DNA of 24,141 nt from Candidatus Micrarchaeia archaeon (lineage in GTDB: Archaea > Micrarchaeota > Micrarchaeia > Micrarchaeales > CABMGC01): the NCBI GenBank assembly GCA_049976845.1, contig JBMFHL010000011.1:1-24141 (forward strand). The letters run 5' to 3'. The notes below the pieces were generated by a model, which was not told where the DNA came from, did not search any database, and saw only the letters and a program-made list of their open reading frames with translations. Below are positions 1 to 8,504 of this stretch, in pieces. The stretch's first letter is position 1; each line of letters opens with the position of its first letter. A program made the translations under genes and the position numbers.

Positions 1-117
1 AGGCTGCTCGGAAGTTTCATTAGATTCTGCCTGCTCTGAATGTGTTTTTGTCGCTTGCTGCTTGTTTTGTTGTGGTTGTTGTCCCCAATTTTTAACTTCT
101 TCCTCGAAGGCATATTT

Positions 118-265
118 TGGGGTTGCTGGGATTTGAACCCAGACCAACAGGTTACTTCATTAATCGTAATTCCAGAATCAAATCATCGCACGAAGCTCAA
201 ACATTTTTCCAGGCTTTACGCCATTTTCTGGAGCCTATTGCGCTGCCAGGTTACGCCACAACCCC
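118..265 (-). tRNA. tRNA-Trp(CCA) with a 75-nt intron at canonical 37/38 (intron 153-227)
   Basis: The reverse complement folds as a cloverleaf: acceptor GGGGTTG/CAACCCC, discriminator A, anticodon stem ATAGG/CCTGT, loop CT-CCA-G^A, T arm CTGGG-TTCAAAT-CCCAG. Mature length is 73 nt and CCA is not encoded. Confidence 0.95.
153..227 (-). ncRNA. Intron-encoded box C/D-like guide RNA for Cm34 of tRNA-Trp (degenerate)
   Basis: Contains D'-like TTGA (197-200), C'-like GCGATGA (183-189), antisense TTCTGGA (171-177) complementary to the anticodon/junction TCCAGAA, and D-like ACGA (164-167). The +5 rule points to C34, as in euryarchaeal pre-tRNA-Trp introns. No clear C box was found. Confidence 0.6.
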
Positions 266-383
266 TTGATTTAAATTTAATTATCTAAAATAAATACCTT
301 TTGATATGTGTAGAAGATGAAATTATACTGCACAATCCCATGATATTTATAATATTTATATTTAGTGATTTATTTATATTTCC

Positions 384-860
384 ATGGGAGTCGAAGAAGT
401 TGAAGCATTCATAAAAAGCAATTCGATAGATGCAGAGGTGAAGGTGTTAGAGCCTGAGAGCACAAGGACGTCTGCGCTTGCTGCCGAGGCTCTGAAATGC
501 ACTGTTGCTGAGATTGCAAAAAGTATAGTGTTTTTTTATACTAAGAAAAGTGAGATGCTACCTGTAGTTGTCGTGCTCAGCGGAGACAAAATGGTTGATG
601 AGAAAAAGTTAACTATATTCCTTGGCGCAGAAGATATTGAGAGGATGAATGCGGAGGAGGTTAAGAGGGAAACCGGTTACGCAATAGGCGGAGTTCCGCC
701 TTTCCCACACAAAAAGAATGTTAGGATATTAATAGACAAATCACTTTTCAGGTTCAGGCGCGTATGGGGCGCTGCAGGAGCCCCTAATGCAGTTATGCAC
801 ATTTCACCTGAAATACTTGCAAATAAGCTTCACATCGAGATTACAGACGTTTCGAAATAG
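384..860 (+). CDS. YbaK/EbsC/ProX-family aminoacyl-tRNA deacylase (trans-editing)
   Basis: 158 aa with the IAKSIVF lysine motif, TGYAIGGVPPF and GAG near the C-terminus. Confidence 0.9.
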   Translation: MGVEEVEAFIKSNSIDAEVKVLEPESTRTSALAAEALKCTVAEIAKSIVFFYTKKSEMLPVVVVLSGDKMVDEKKLTIFLGAEDIERMNAEEVKRETGYAIGGVPPFPHKKNVRILIDKSLFRFRRVWGAAGAPNAVMHISPEILANKLHIEITDVSK

Positions 861-901
861 ATGAACTTAGGATATTTATAATTGAACTTACAAATAATAT
901 T

Positions 902-3004
902 ATGCTTGTTTCTGAACTGAAAGGAATCGTACCGAACGAGTTTCTGGAATCGTGCAAGGAGCGCGGTATAAGTGCACTCACCCCTCCGCAGGAATTGGCA
1001 TTAGCTGCTGGATTGCTTAAAAAGAGAAATATTGTTGTAGCAAGCCCTACTGCCAGCGGCAAAACCTTGATAGCTGAGATTGCAATGATAAACACAGTTA
1101 TAAGGGAGCAGAAGAAAGCAATTTATGTTGCACCGCTGAGAGCACTGGTTAGCGAGAAATACGACGAATTCAGGGGCGCTTACCCTTACCTTAAAATCGC
1201 AATTTCTATAGGAGATCTGGATTCGCTTGACCAGTGGCTTCCGAAATATGATATAATATTGGTCTCTACCGAGAAGCTTGATAGTTTGATAAGGCATGGG
1301 GCAACATGGGTCAGCGATGTCGGCTGCGTGGTCTTCGATGAGATACACATGCTTGGCGACGTGAGCAGGGGCTCGGTGCTTGAGATACTTGCAACGAAGC
1401 TTAGGAGGTTAGTAAGCAGCGCACAGATACTTGCGCTGAGCGCGACGATAGGCAATGCAAAAGAAATTGCAGAATGGCTTGGCGCCGGTCTTGTAGAGAG
1501 CGATTACAGGCCGGTGAAGCTTGAGAAAGGCATAGTGCTCAATGACAAGGTGTATTATCAGGATAGCGAAGAGGCGCTTCTCGGAAGAAGCAAGATACCG
1601 GAGATAAGGGTTGTAGAGGATACTATAGAAAAGGGCAAGCAGATAATTGTCTTTTACGCAACAAAGAGAAATGCTGAAGCGGGGGCTGAAAAAATAGCAA
1701 AGATAGTTGGGGAATATGTAAAAGATGATGAAAAACTTGTGGAAATAGCTAAGGAGGTTAAAGGTGTTTTGGGCAGGCCTACAAGCCAGTGTGAAAAGCT
1801 TGCAAGGCTTATTGAAAAGGGAGTTGCATTCCACCACAGCGGCCTTGTAAATGAACAGAGGAAGATTGTCGAGAATTCTTTCAGGCAGGGAAAGATAAAG
1901 GTTGTCTGCTCAACTACCACACTCTCTTTGGGAATAAACATGCCTGCACACACTGTCCTTGTCAGGGATACGAGCAGGTACAGCGAGATGAACGGAGCAG
2001 AGAAGCTCAGCGTGAACGAGGTGACGCAGCTCTTCGGAAGGGCAGGAAGGCCTAAATATGACAAAGAGGGCAGGGCATTGCTCATATCAAAATCAAAAAG
2101 TGAAGTTATTGATTTCTACAATAGGTATATGGTGGCAGAGCCTGAGCCAATAGATTCTACGCTAGGCATGCTGCCTGTGCTTAGGAGCCATATACTTGCA
2201 TTTGTCGCCACCGAGTTTCTGAGGAGCCGCGAGGCTATGTCAGGATTCTTCAGCGAGACCTTCTACGGCTACCAATATGCGAGCATGAGCGAGATCAATG
2301 CAATCATAAATGACATACTCACTGAATTTGTAAGCTGGGGATTCATGGAGAAATCGGGCAGCGTGTACAATGCGAACAGATTAGGCAAAAGGGTAAGCGA
2401 GCTTTACATAGATCCGCTTTCGGCTAAATGGATATTGGATACGCTGCCAAAGGAGAGGGATGTTATTGCAAACCTTTTCATGATAACAAATGCAATAGAG
2501 ATGAGGCCTTACGTAAAGGCGGTGGAGGAGGCGGAGGAAATGTTCTACGCTTATAAGAATTTTATCGACAGCTGGCTGGAAGGCGCTATGAACGAAGTTG
2601 GCCTGTATGATCCACTGCGGGCGCTCAGCACTGCGCTAATGCTAAATGACTGGATAAACGAGAGGAGCGAGCAGGAAATAATAGAAAAATACTCGACAAC
2701 ACCGGGCGCGCTTCATTCGAAACTTGCGAATGCCGACTGGCTTATATACGCTGCGACTGAGCTTGCCAAGATAGTGCATGTGCCGACTATGAAACTCATA
2801 GAGCTTAGGCTCAGGCTAAGATATGGCATAAAGGAGGAGCTTCTAGACCTTGTTAGATTAGAGCAGGTCGGAAGGGTAAGGGCAAGGCTCATGTATAGTA
2901 ACGGGATAAAAGGCGTTGCTGACTTAAGGAAGGAGGGTTCTGATAAAATTGTCGAGAGGCTTTTTGGAAAGGAGATTGCAGTTAAAATACTTTCGCAGGT
3001 TTAG
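902..3004 (+). CDS. hel308: Ski2-like SF2 DNA helicase Hel308/Hjm
   Basis: 700 aa with Q motif LTPPQ, Walker A PTASGKT, DEIH, LSAT, FHHSGL, QLFGRAGRP and a C-terminal VGRVRAR motif. Confidence 0.95.
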   Translation: MLVSELKGIVPNEFLESCKERGISALTPPQELALAAGLLKKRNIVVASPTASGKTLIAEIAMINTVIREQKKAIYVAPLRALVSEKYDEFRGAYPYLKIAISIGDLDSLDQWLPKYDIILVSTEKLDSLIRHGATWVSDVGCVVFDEIHMLGDVSRGSVLEILATKLRRLVSSAQILALSATIGNAKEIAEWLGAGLVESDYRPVKLEKGIVLNDKVYYQDSEEALLGRSKIPEIRVVEDTIEKGKQIIVFYATKRNAEAGAEKIAKIVGEYVKDDEKLVEIAKEVKGVLGRPTSQCEKLARLIEKGVAFHHSGLVNEQRKIVENSFRQGKIKVVCSTTTLSLGINMPAHTVLVRDTSRYSEMNGAEKLSVNEVTQLFGRAGRPKYDKEGRALLISKSKSEVIDFYNRYMVAEPEPIDSTLGMLPVLRSHILAFVATEFLRSREAMSGFFSETFYGYQYASMSEINAIINDILTEFVSWGFMEKSGSVYNANRLGKRVSELYIDPLSAKWILDTLPKERDVIANLFMITNAIEMRPYVKAVEEAEEMFYAYKNFIDSWLEGAMNEVGLYDPLRALSTALMLNDWINERSEQEIIEKYSTTPGALHSKLANADWLIYAATELAKIVHVPTMKLIELRLRLRYGIKEELLDLVRLEQVGRVRARLMYSNGIKGVADLRKEGSDKIVERLFGKEIAVKILSQV

Positions 3005-3173
3005 CATCTTCGCTGCATGTGTATTTTACAATTGCATTTTGGATATTTCGGCTTCAAAAATTTAATTTTTCTACATGCAGGGCAATTACTCTCTTACACT
3101 GCTAATAAGCAAAAGAATATAAAAATTAACCTTTATATTCAATACGACCGTTAATACGGCGACCGTGATATGA

Positions 3174-3545
3174 ATGGGAGTTTTTGATAAACTTGGCCAA
3201 GCATTTGGGACATCTAAGGAGATAAATATAGAGGAGTATATGGGCTCAGCGGAGATGGAAGACGTCGACGTGCTGAATGAGCCTGCTGACATGTACGTGA
3301 AGCCAGTAGCTATAGTAGGAGAAGAGGACCTGAAGCTCATAGAGAGCGAGCTTGAGAAGAAAAATATACTTCTTCTGAACATAGACGAGATAAACAAGAG
3401 GCCCAACACGAGGAATAACATGCTTGCGTCGCTCAAGAAATACGTTGAAAAGATAAATGGCGACATAGCACAGATAGATGCTTCTAGAGTGATAGTGACG
3501 CCAGCCAAGGTAAAGATAATAAAGAGGAAGAAACAGGGCAGATAA
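3174..3545 (+). CDS. sepF: Archaeal cell division protein SepF (DUF552)
   Basis: 123 aa with an N-terminal amphipathic helix (MGVFDKLGQAFG) and C-terminal GDIAQI...VIVTPAKVKI. TATA-like TTTATAT at 3132-3138. Confidence 0.9.
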   Translation: MGVFDKLGQAFGTSKEINIEEYMGSAEMEDVDVLNEPADMYVKPVAIVGEEDLKLIESELEKKNILLLNIDEINKRPNTRNNMLASLKKYVEKINGDIAQIDASRVIVTPAKVKIIKRKKQGR

Positions 3546-3624
3546 TTATTTGAGCAACCCACGATCTTTTCGTGGGCTTTCTACTTTTTGAGACTTATGA
3601 GATTTATTTGTCTAGTGATATACT

Positions 3625-4335
3625 TTATTTGAATGCGATTATAAGGGTCTTTATCTCGTGCAACGTCGGTTGAGAATTGCTTATTATTCTTTTAAAAGCG
3701 TTGTAGACTGCATCCTTGTCCCTTATATTCTTCCTGCTTATGCTACGCCTGAAAAGCTTGAGCAAAGCATTCACTTCTCTTGAATACTCTGAATGATCGG
3801 GCACTGCGGCTTTCTTTATTCTAGATGCATATGCATCTTTAAATTCGCTTTTTGTGAAAAGGTACAGCAATATTGCAAGCGCGTGCGATATGTTGAGAAC
3901 AGGGTAACTCTCGTTCGTTCCTATGTATGTGACTATGTCGCATTTTGACAGCTCTTCTATAGTTAATCCTATGTCATCCCTGCCTATAACCAGAGCTATT
4001 ACTGCATTTTTCCTCTTTTTTAAAAGCTCGCTTACTTTATCTGCCGCCTCTTCAGCTAAGCAAACTTTTCTCGTGCTTGGAGAAGCCTTACTCAATACTC
4101 CGGTGGTACCTATTATTAAGTCGCAGCCCTTTATTGCATCATCAAAATTACTAAATATTCTTGCATCCTCAAGAAGAGCATGGGCATGCTTCGAAAACAT
4201 TATTGCCTTGCTGCCAGTCAATTTTGCCCTGGGCTTGACAACAAAAAGATTCTTTACTCCAAAGTTCTTTGCGACCCTCGCTATGTAGCCGAGATTCATC
4301 TGATATTTTGGCTCTACTAGTATAAGCCTGAGCAC
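3625..4335 (-). CDS. trmJ: SPOUT RNA methyltransferase, TrmJ family (tRNA position 32 2'-O-methylation)
   Basis: Motifs ILVEPKYQMNLGYIARVAKNFG, GRDDIGLT.EEL and YPVLNISHA. The GTG start directly follows the upstream TAA. Confidence 0.85.
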   Translation of the reverse strand: MLRLILVEPKYQMNLGYIARVAKNFGVKNLFVVKPRAKLTGSKAIMFSKHAHALLEDARIFSNFDDAIKGCDLIIGTTGVLSKASPSTRKVCLAEEAADKVSELLKKRKNAVIALVIGRDDIGLTIEELSKCDIVTYIGTNESYPVLNISHALAILLYLFTKSEFKDAYASRIKKAAVPDHSEYSREVNALLKLFRRSISRKNIRDKDAVYNAFKRIISNSQPTLHEIKTLIIAFK

Positions 4336-5019
4336 TTACAAACACCCTATTACAGCTATAGCGTTTACAAGTATATGTGCAATAAGCGTCGGATAAATAG
4401 ACTCTGTCTTTTTGAAAACATAGCCTGCTACAAGTCCGAAGATTAAGGCTGCTATGATGTCTATCCCGAAGGTAGAGCCGTAACCTGCGTGCAGCACAGC
4501 GAAGAGGAGCGCGCTTGGTATTATACCTATCCTTTTTACAAGGAAGCCCCTGAAGAATATTTCCTCATCTAGAGGGCCTATTAACGCCACAAAAAGTATA
4601 AACCACAAAGGCATTCCTGTTACAATAGAGCAAGAATTTGTGTTTATGCTTATGCTTGTTATATCGCTCCAAATAGAAATCATGATTTCTAGCACAAAGA
4701 TTATCACAAAGACCATTAAGCCAAGAAGCACTATCCTTTTCACGCTTAGCTTTTGTATCAAGCCCATGTTAGAAAGAGCTTGGCTGAAGCTCATGCCTTT
4801 ATGTGCCAGGTAAGCAAAAGACAATGCAGGCAAAAGCAGGGAGAACAATGCAGTTGTTAGCACTTCGGCCAATAAGGTAGAGATATAACTGTAGTTATAA
4901 AGAATTATTGCAGCTATGAATAGCATAAGCAAGAAGTAGAAAGAGAGATAGGATACTATCTTGTAAGCTGATCCCTCCTTATTTTTATTTCTTTTTCTGC
5001 TGCTTTTCAGTTGAATCAT
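4336..5019 (-). CDS. CPBP (CAAX prenyl protease-like/Abi) intramembrane glutamic endopeptidase
   Basis: Multi-pass hydrophobic protein with [12 protein letters not shown] and HILVN motifs. The start is uncertain because it overlaps S27ae by 35 nt. Confidence 0.88.
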   Translation of the reverse strand: MIQLKSSRKRNKNKEGSAYKIVSYLSFYFLLMLFIAAIILYNYSYISTLLAEVLTTALFSLLLPALSFAYLAHKGMSFSQALSNMGLIQKLSVKRIVLLGLMVFVIIFVLEIMISIWSDITSISINTNSCSIVTGMPLWFILFVALIGPLDEEIFFRGFLVKRIGIIPSALLFAVLHAGYGSTFGIDIIAALIFGLVAGYVFKKTESIYPTLIAHILVNAIAVIGCL

Positions 5020-5179
5020 CCTCCTTTTTAGCTACCTTCCACTCTGTATAGCCGCATTTTCCGCATGTATACCTGTCTGCATGCTCGGCAAGCCTCGAGC
5101 CGCACTTTGGGCACAGCTTGACTGCCGGCTTGTATGCCTTTATCTCTTTCTCTTTCTTTGCAGTTTTTGCCTCTGCCAT
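4985..5179 (-). CDS. rps27ae: 30S ribosomal protein S27ae (eS31)
   Basis: Zn ribbon CPKCG...[18 protein letters not shown], directly downstream of S24e as in the conserved archaeal order. Confidence 0.95.
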   Translation of the reverse strand: MAEAKTAKKEKEIKAYKPAVKLCPKCGSRLAEHADRYTCGKCGYTEWKVAKKEDDSTEKQQKKK

Positions 5180-5190
5180 ATTATTACCTT

Positions 5191-5559
5191 TTATTCTTGC
5201 GCAGCCTTGCTGTCTTCTGCTTCCTTCTTCTCTTCTGCATTGCTAGCTTCTGGTTTGTTCTTTGCCGCGGCGCCGGATTTCTTTTCAGCACGCTTCTGCC
5301 TGAAAGACGGCTCGACGCTCATGGCACTTTCGCTCTTATACGAGTATAGTATTATGTCGCTCTTTGTCACACCATACATTGGATTTACCTTTACTATTAC
5401 TGTGAGTTTGGGGTCAAGATTAAGCTTCTTGCACACCTGCTCTTTTATGGCTTCCCTTGAAGGCGTGCCGCCGGCATATAGCGCCTCGGCAATTACCTCC
5501 CTCCTCTCCAAAAGCTTGTTTTCAAAATCCTTCTTTATAGATATGTCAATCTCTTCCAT
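5191..5559 (-). CDS. rps24e: 30S ribosomal protein S24e (eS24)
   Basis: Motifs [15 protein letters not shown] and a charged C-terminal tail. ATG at 5559, one base after the aIF5A stop, is preferred over 5568. Confidence 0.92.
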   Translation of the reverse strand: MEEIDISIKKDFENKLLERREVIAEALYAGGTPSREAIKEQVCKKLNLDPKLTVIVKVNPMYGVTKSDIILYSYKSESAMSVEPSFRQKRAEKKSGAAAKNKPEASNAEEKKEAEDSKAAQE

Positions 5560-5560
5560 A

Positions 5561-5962
5561 TTATGCACCCACTATCCTTGCTATGGCTCGCTTGTCCATG
5601 CTTTCTATTACCTCTACCTCGCTTCCTGGCTTTATTGAGTTCTTCAATTCCTCAGGTATGTCTATTTCGTATGTTTCATATGTCTCTAGATCCATGAGCT
5701 GCGCTGTAGCACCAGATACAGATACAACCTGAGCGCGCTTTTTGTTTATCACTGGAGCCTCTACATCAGCGCTGCTGGGCTTTAGCAAGGTTCTCTTTTG
5801 GCCGTCAAAAAGGCCTATTGCTGTTATCCTAACCTTTGCGGAGCCATGCTTGCCAGGGGCAGAGGTCTCTATGTCAACCACTTTGCACGGTATATTGTCT
5901 ATCAGTATAAATCTCCCTTCCTTTATTTCCTTGACTGAAACATACATAATTTCATTTGACAC
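5561..5962 (-). CDS. eif5a: Translation factor aIF5A
   Basis: Hypusine loop PGKHGSAK and AQLMDLETYET. GGTGA RBS precedes the GTG start. Confidence 0.96.
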   Translation of the reverse strand: MSNEIMYVSVKEIKEGRFILIDNIPCKVVDIETSAPGKHGSAKVRITAIGLFDGQKRTLLKPSSADVEAPVINKKRAQVVSVSGATAQLMDLETYETYEIDIPEELKNSIKPGSEVEVIESMDKRAIARIVGA

Positions 5963-6035
5963 TAAATCACCAAAATATAGAGTATAGTATTAGCACTAAA
6001 AAATTTTAAATACCCGTATGTAGCTTGCAACAGCA

Positions 6036-6073
6036 GAAAATAAAAAGCTGTTGCACCGCACTAAGGTGCAACA
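6036..6073 (-). terminator. Candidate terminator downstream of the ftsZ pair (hairpin plus U-tract)
   Basis: Minus strand reads TGTTGCACC-TTAGTGC-GGTGCAACA (9-bp stem) followed by GC-TTTTTATTTTCT. Confidence 0.5.
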
Positions 6074-6095
6074 ACACAACATAAATCCAATTGAT

Positions 6096-7115
6096 TCAGT
6101 AGATGCTTTCGATTCCTTCTACTCTCAGGGGCGCAGACGCCTTTTCCCTGTCTATCTTGCTCCCGAACTTCGCCTTAACGCCAGTCACCACTGACATGAC
6201 TCTTATTTGGTCATTGAATTCTGGCATCATCCTTGCCCCGAATATCACGTTTGCGTTTGCTGAAAGGCCTTCAGTAACTCCATTGCCTATCCTTGTGGCT
6301 TCGCTTATAGTAAGATTTCCTCCTCCTGCCACATGGATCAATGCTCCTTTTGCCCCTTCTATCTCTACATCGAGAAGCGGGTGCTCAAGCGTTGACTTTA
6401 TGGCTTTTTCTACTCTGTCTGGCCCTGAACCAGAGCCTATGTTTATGACTGCTGTTCCTGTGTTCATTACCACATTCCTTAGATCAGCAAAATCCAAGTT
6501 TATCAGGCTTGGCAATGTTATTGTATCTGCTATGCCCTTAACCGCATTCCCAGTTACGTTGTCTACAAGCGAGAAAGCTTTTTCAATTGGCAGATTAGGC
6601 ACATATGAAAGCAGTCTGTCGTTCTCTATTATTATTGTTGTATCTGCCTCCTTGCTGAGCCTCTCTATGCCCCATTCTGCCTTCTGCTTTCTGCTTCTTT
6701 CCAGAGAGAAAGGATAGGTTACTGCCGCTATTACTGTTGCCCCCTGCTCCTTGGCAAGCCTTGCAACTGTAGGGGCTGCGCCTGTGCCTGTGCCGCCACC
6801 CATGCCCGCTGCTACAAAGACAAGATCATATCCTTGTATTGCGGATTCTATTTCTGCTCTGCTGGCATCTGCACATTTCTCTGCAACTTCAGGATATCCT
6901 CCAGCTCCAAGGCCATTTGTAATATCCTTGCCTATCAGCAGCTTCTTGTTAGCATTTATTATATTGAGATGCGCAAGGTCTGTGTTTATAGCAATAGTAT
7001 CAGCACTTTTTATACCACTTGAGAAGAGCCTGTTTACAAGGTTGCTTCCCTGCCCTCCAACTCCAACGACTGCGATCCTAGGGGTAAATAACCCGTAGTC
7101 TATTTCTTCGGCCAT
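6096..7115 (-). CDS. ftsZ: Cell division protein FtsZ, FtsZ2-like (downstream copy)
   Basis: Motifs GVGGQGSN, GLGAGG, AGMGGGTGTG, PFSLER and T7 loop PSLINLDFAD. GGTGA RBS supports ATG at 7115. Confidence 0.95.
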   Translation of the reverse strand: MAEEIDYGLFTPRIAVVGVGGQGSNLVNRLFSSGIKSADTIAINTDLAHLNIINANKKLLIGKDITNGLGAGGYPEVAEKCADASRAEIESAIQGYDLVFVAAGMGGGTGTGAAPTVARLAKEQGATVIAAVTYPFSLERSRKQKAEWGIERLSKEADTTIIIENDRLLSYVPNLPIEKAFSLVDNVTGNAVKGIADTITLPSLINLDFADLRNVVMNTGTAVINIGSGSGPDRVEKAIKSTLEHPLLDVEIEGAKGALIHVAGGGNLTISEATRIGNGVTEGLSANANVIFGARMMPEFNDQIRVMSVVTGVKAKFGSKIDREKASAPLRVEGIESIY

Positions 7116-7156
7116 TTTTTTCACCACTAAATATAAATAAAAGAAAATAAAATGAA

Positions 7157-8206
7157 TCAGATCATTTCTAGGTCGTTGTATTCGTTCTCTTTCCTTTCCT
7201 CTCCCTTGCCGATTATGCTGGAGCCTTTAACGCCTGTTACTATTGCCACTATCTCTATCTGGCCCTCATATCCAGGTATTATTCTTGCGCCCCACTTGAC
7301 GTTTGCCTTAGGGTCCATGCGCTCTGTTATAAGCTCTCCTGCCTTTATTGCGTCTCCCAAAGTGAGATCTGAAGCGCCTGATATGTGAATCAATGCTCCC
7401 TTTGCATTCTCGAAGTCTACATCAAGCAGCTTGTTCTTCAACACTGCTTCTGCTGCTGCAGTAACTTTCTCATTGCCCTTGCCATTGCCTACTGAGATGA
7501 AGCCCACATCTCCGCTTCCCATTATTGACCTGACATCCGCAAAGTCTATGTTTATCAGGCTTGGCTGGGTTATTGTCCAGACTAAACCTCCTATAGCCTT
7601 AGCAAGTATATCGTCAGCCACTGCAAATGCCTCTGGCATTGGAAGGTTTGGTACAAGCTTCACAAGCCTGTTGTTATCTAGTATTATAACGCTGTCACTG
7701 AACTTTCTGAGCTTTTGTATACCCTCTTCAGCCTTCAGCTTTCTTACTCTTTCAAGATCAAAAGGATAGGTTACCATTGAGACTACTATTGCACCTTGCT
7801 CCTTTGCTATTTGTGCAATTACAGGTATGGCACCTGTGCCTGTGCCGCCACCCATGCCCGCGCATAGGAACACCAGCTGCGCTCCTGCCAATACCTCTTC
7901 GAGGTTCTGCCTGTCTACTTCAGCAGCTTTTGCCCCTACATTCGGGTCTCCTCCTGCACCCAGGCCTCTTGTTATGCCCTTCCCAATAAGTATCTTTTTG
8001 ATCCTGTCATCAATTATTTTGAAATGCTGTGCATCCGTGTTAACAGCCACAAGTTCAGTGCCTTTCACACCAACCTTTATGAGCCTATTAACAGTGTTGT
8101 TTCCTGCTCCTCCAACGCCCACAGTAACTATTTTTATCTGTGGTGAGTTCCCTAGATCTTGCTCGTTGCCACTCTTGCCCAAGAATTCATTCGCGAAATC
8201 TACCAT
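7157..8206 (-). CDS. ftsZ: Cell division protein FtsZ, FtsZ2-like (upstream copy)
   Basis: Motifs GVGGAGNN, GLGAGGDP, AGMGGGTGTG, PFDLER, LDNNRL and TITQPSLINIDFAD. Confidence 0.96.
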   Translation of the reverse strand: MVDFANEFLGKSGNEQDLGNSPQIKIVTVGVGGAGNNTVNRLIKVGVKGTELVAVNTDAQHFKIIDDRIKKILIGKGITRGLGAGGDPNVGAKAAEVDRQNLEEVLAGAQLVFLCAGMGGGTGTGAIPVIAQIAKEQGAIVVSMVTYPFDLERVRKLKAEEGIQKLRKFSDSVIILDNNRLVKLVPNLPMPEAFAVADDILAKAIGGLVWTITQPSLINIDFADVRSIMGSGDVGFISVGNGKGNEKVTAAAEAVLKNKLLDVDFENAKGALIHISGASDLTLGDAIKAGELITERMDPKANVKWGARIIPGYEGQIEIVAIVTGVKGSSIIGKGEERKENEYNDLEMI

Positions 8207-8504
8207 ACCGATCGCCGATTATAAATGTTTAGTATAAATTTAAAAAGCTTTTGTAAAAAAAATGAATAGTGGAAATACAATATATTTGTATTATAAAAAC
8301 AAAGACGCGAATATTAGAGCGCAGGTTGCGCTTTTATTTTGTGCCTTTTTTTGAAAAAAAAGCTTGCAGTTTGGCTTTTTTGTATCTTTTAGATAAAAAA
8401 ATTAAGAGATTAAATTTATTATAGTATTATTATGTATGATTTAAGTTATATGTTTTATTTAGATATAGATAAATTAACCTTTATATCTATTTTGTACTGC
8501 ATTT

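Noticed and set aside
1..113. Possible minus-strand gene starting 4 nt after the tRNA-Trp 3' end (ATG at 113, or an alternative Gln-rich open frame)
   Set aside because: It is truncated by the window edge, two frames are open and I cannot tell which, if either, is coding.
40..288. 82-aa + strand ORF
   Set aside because: It is antisense to tRNA-Trp, starts at a non-ATG codon and has no recognisable motifs.
6096..7115. CetZ/tubulin-like assignment because of the GGQG loop
   Set aside because: GLGAGG, PFxLER, NLDFAD and the C-terminal domain are FtsZ-type.
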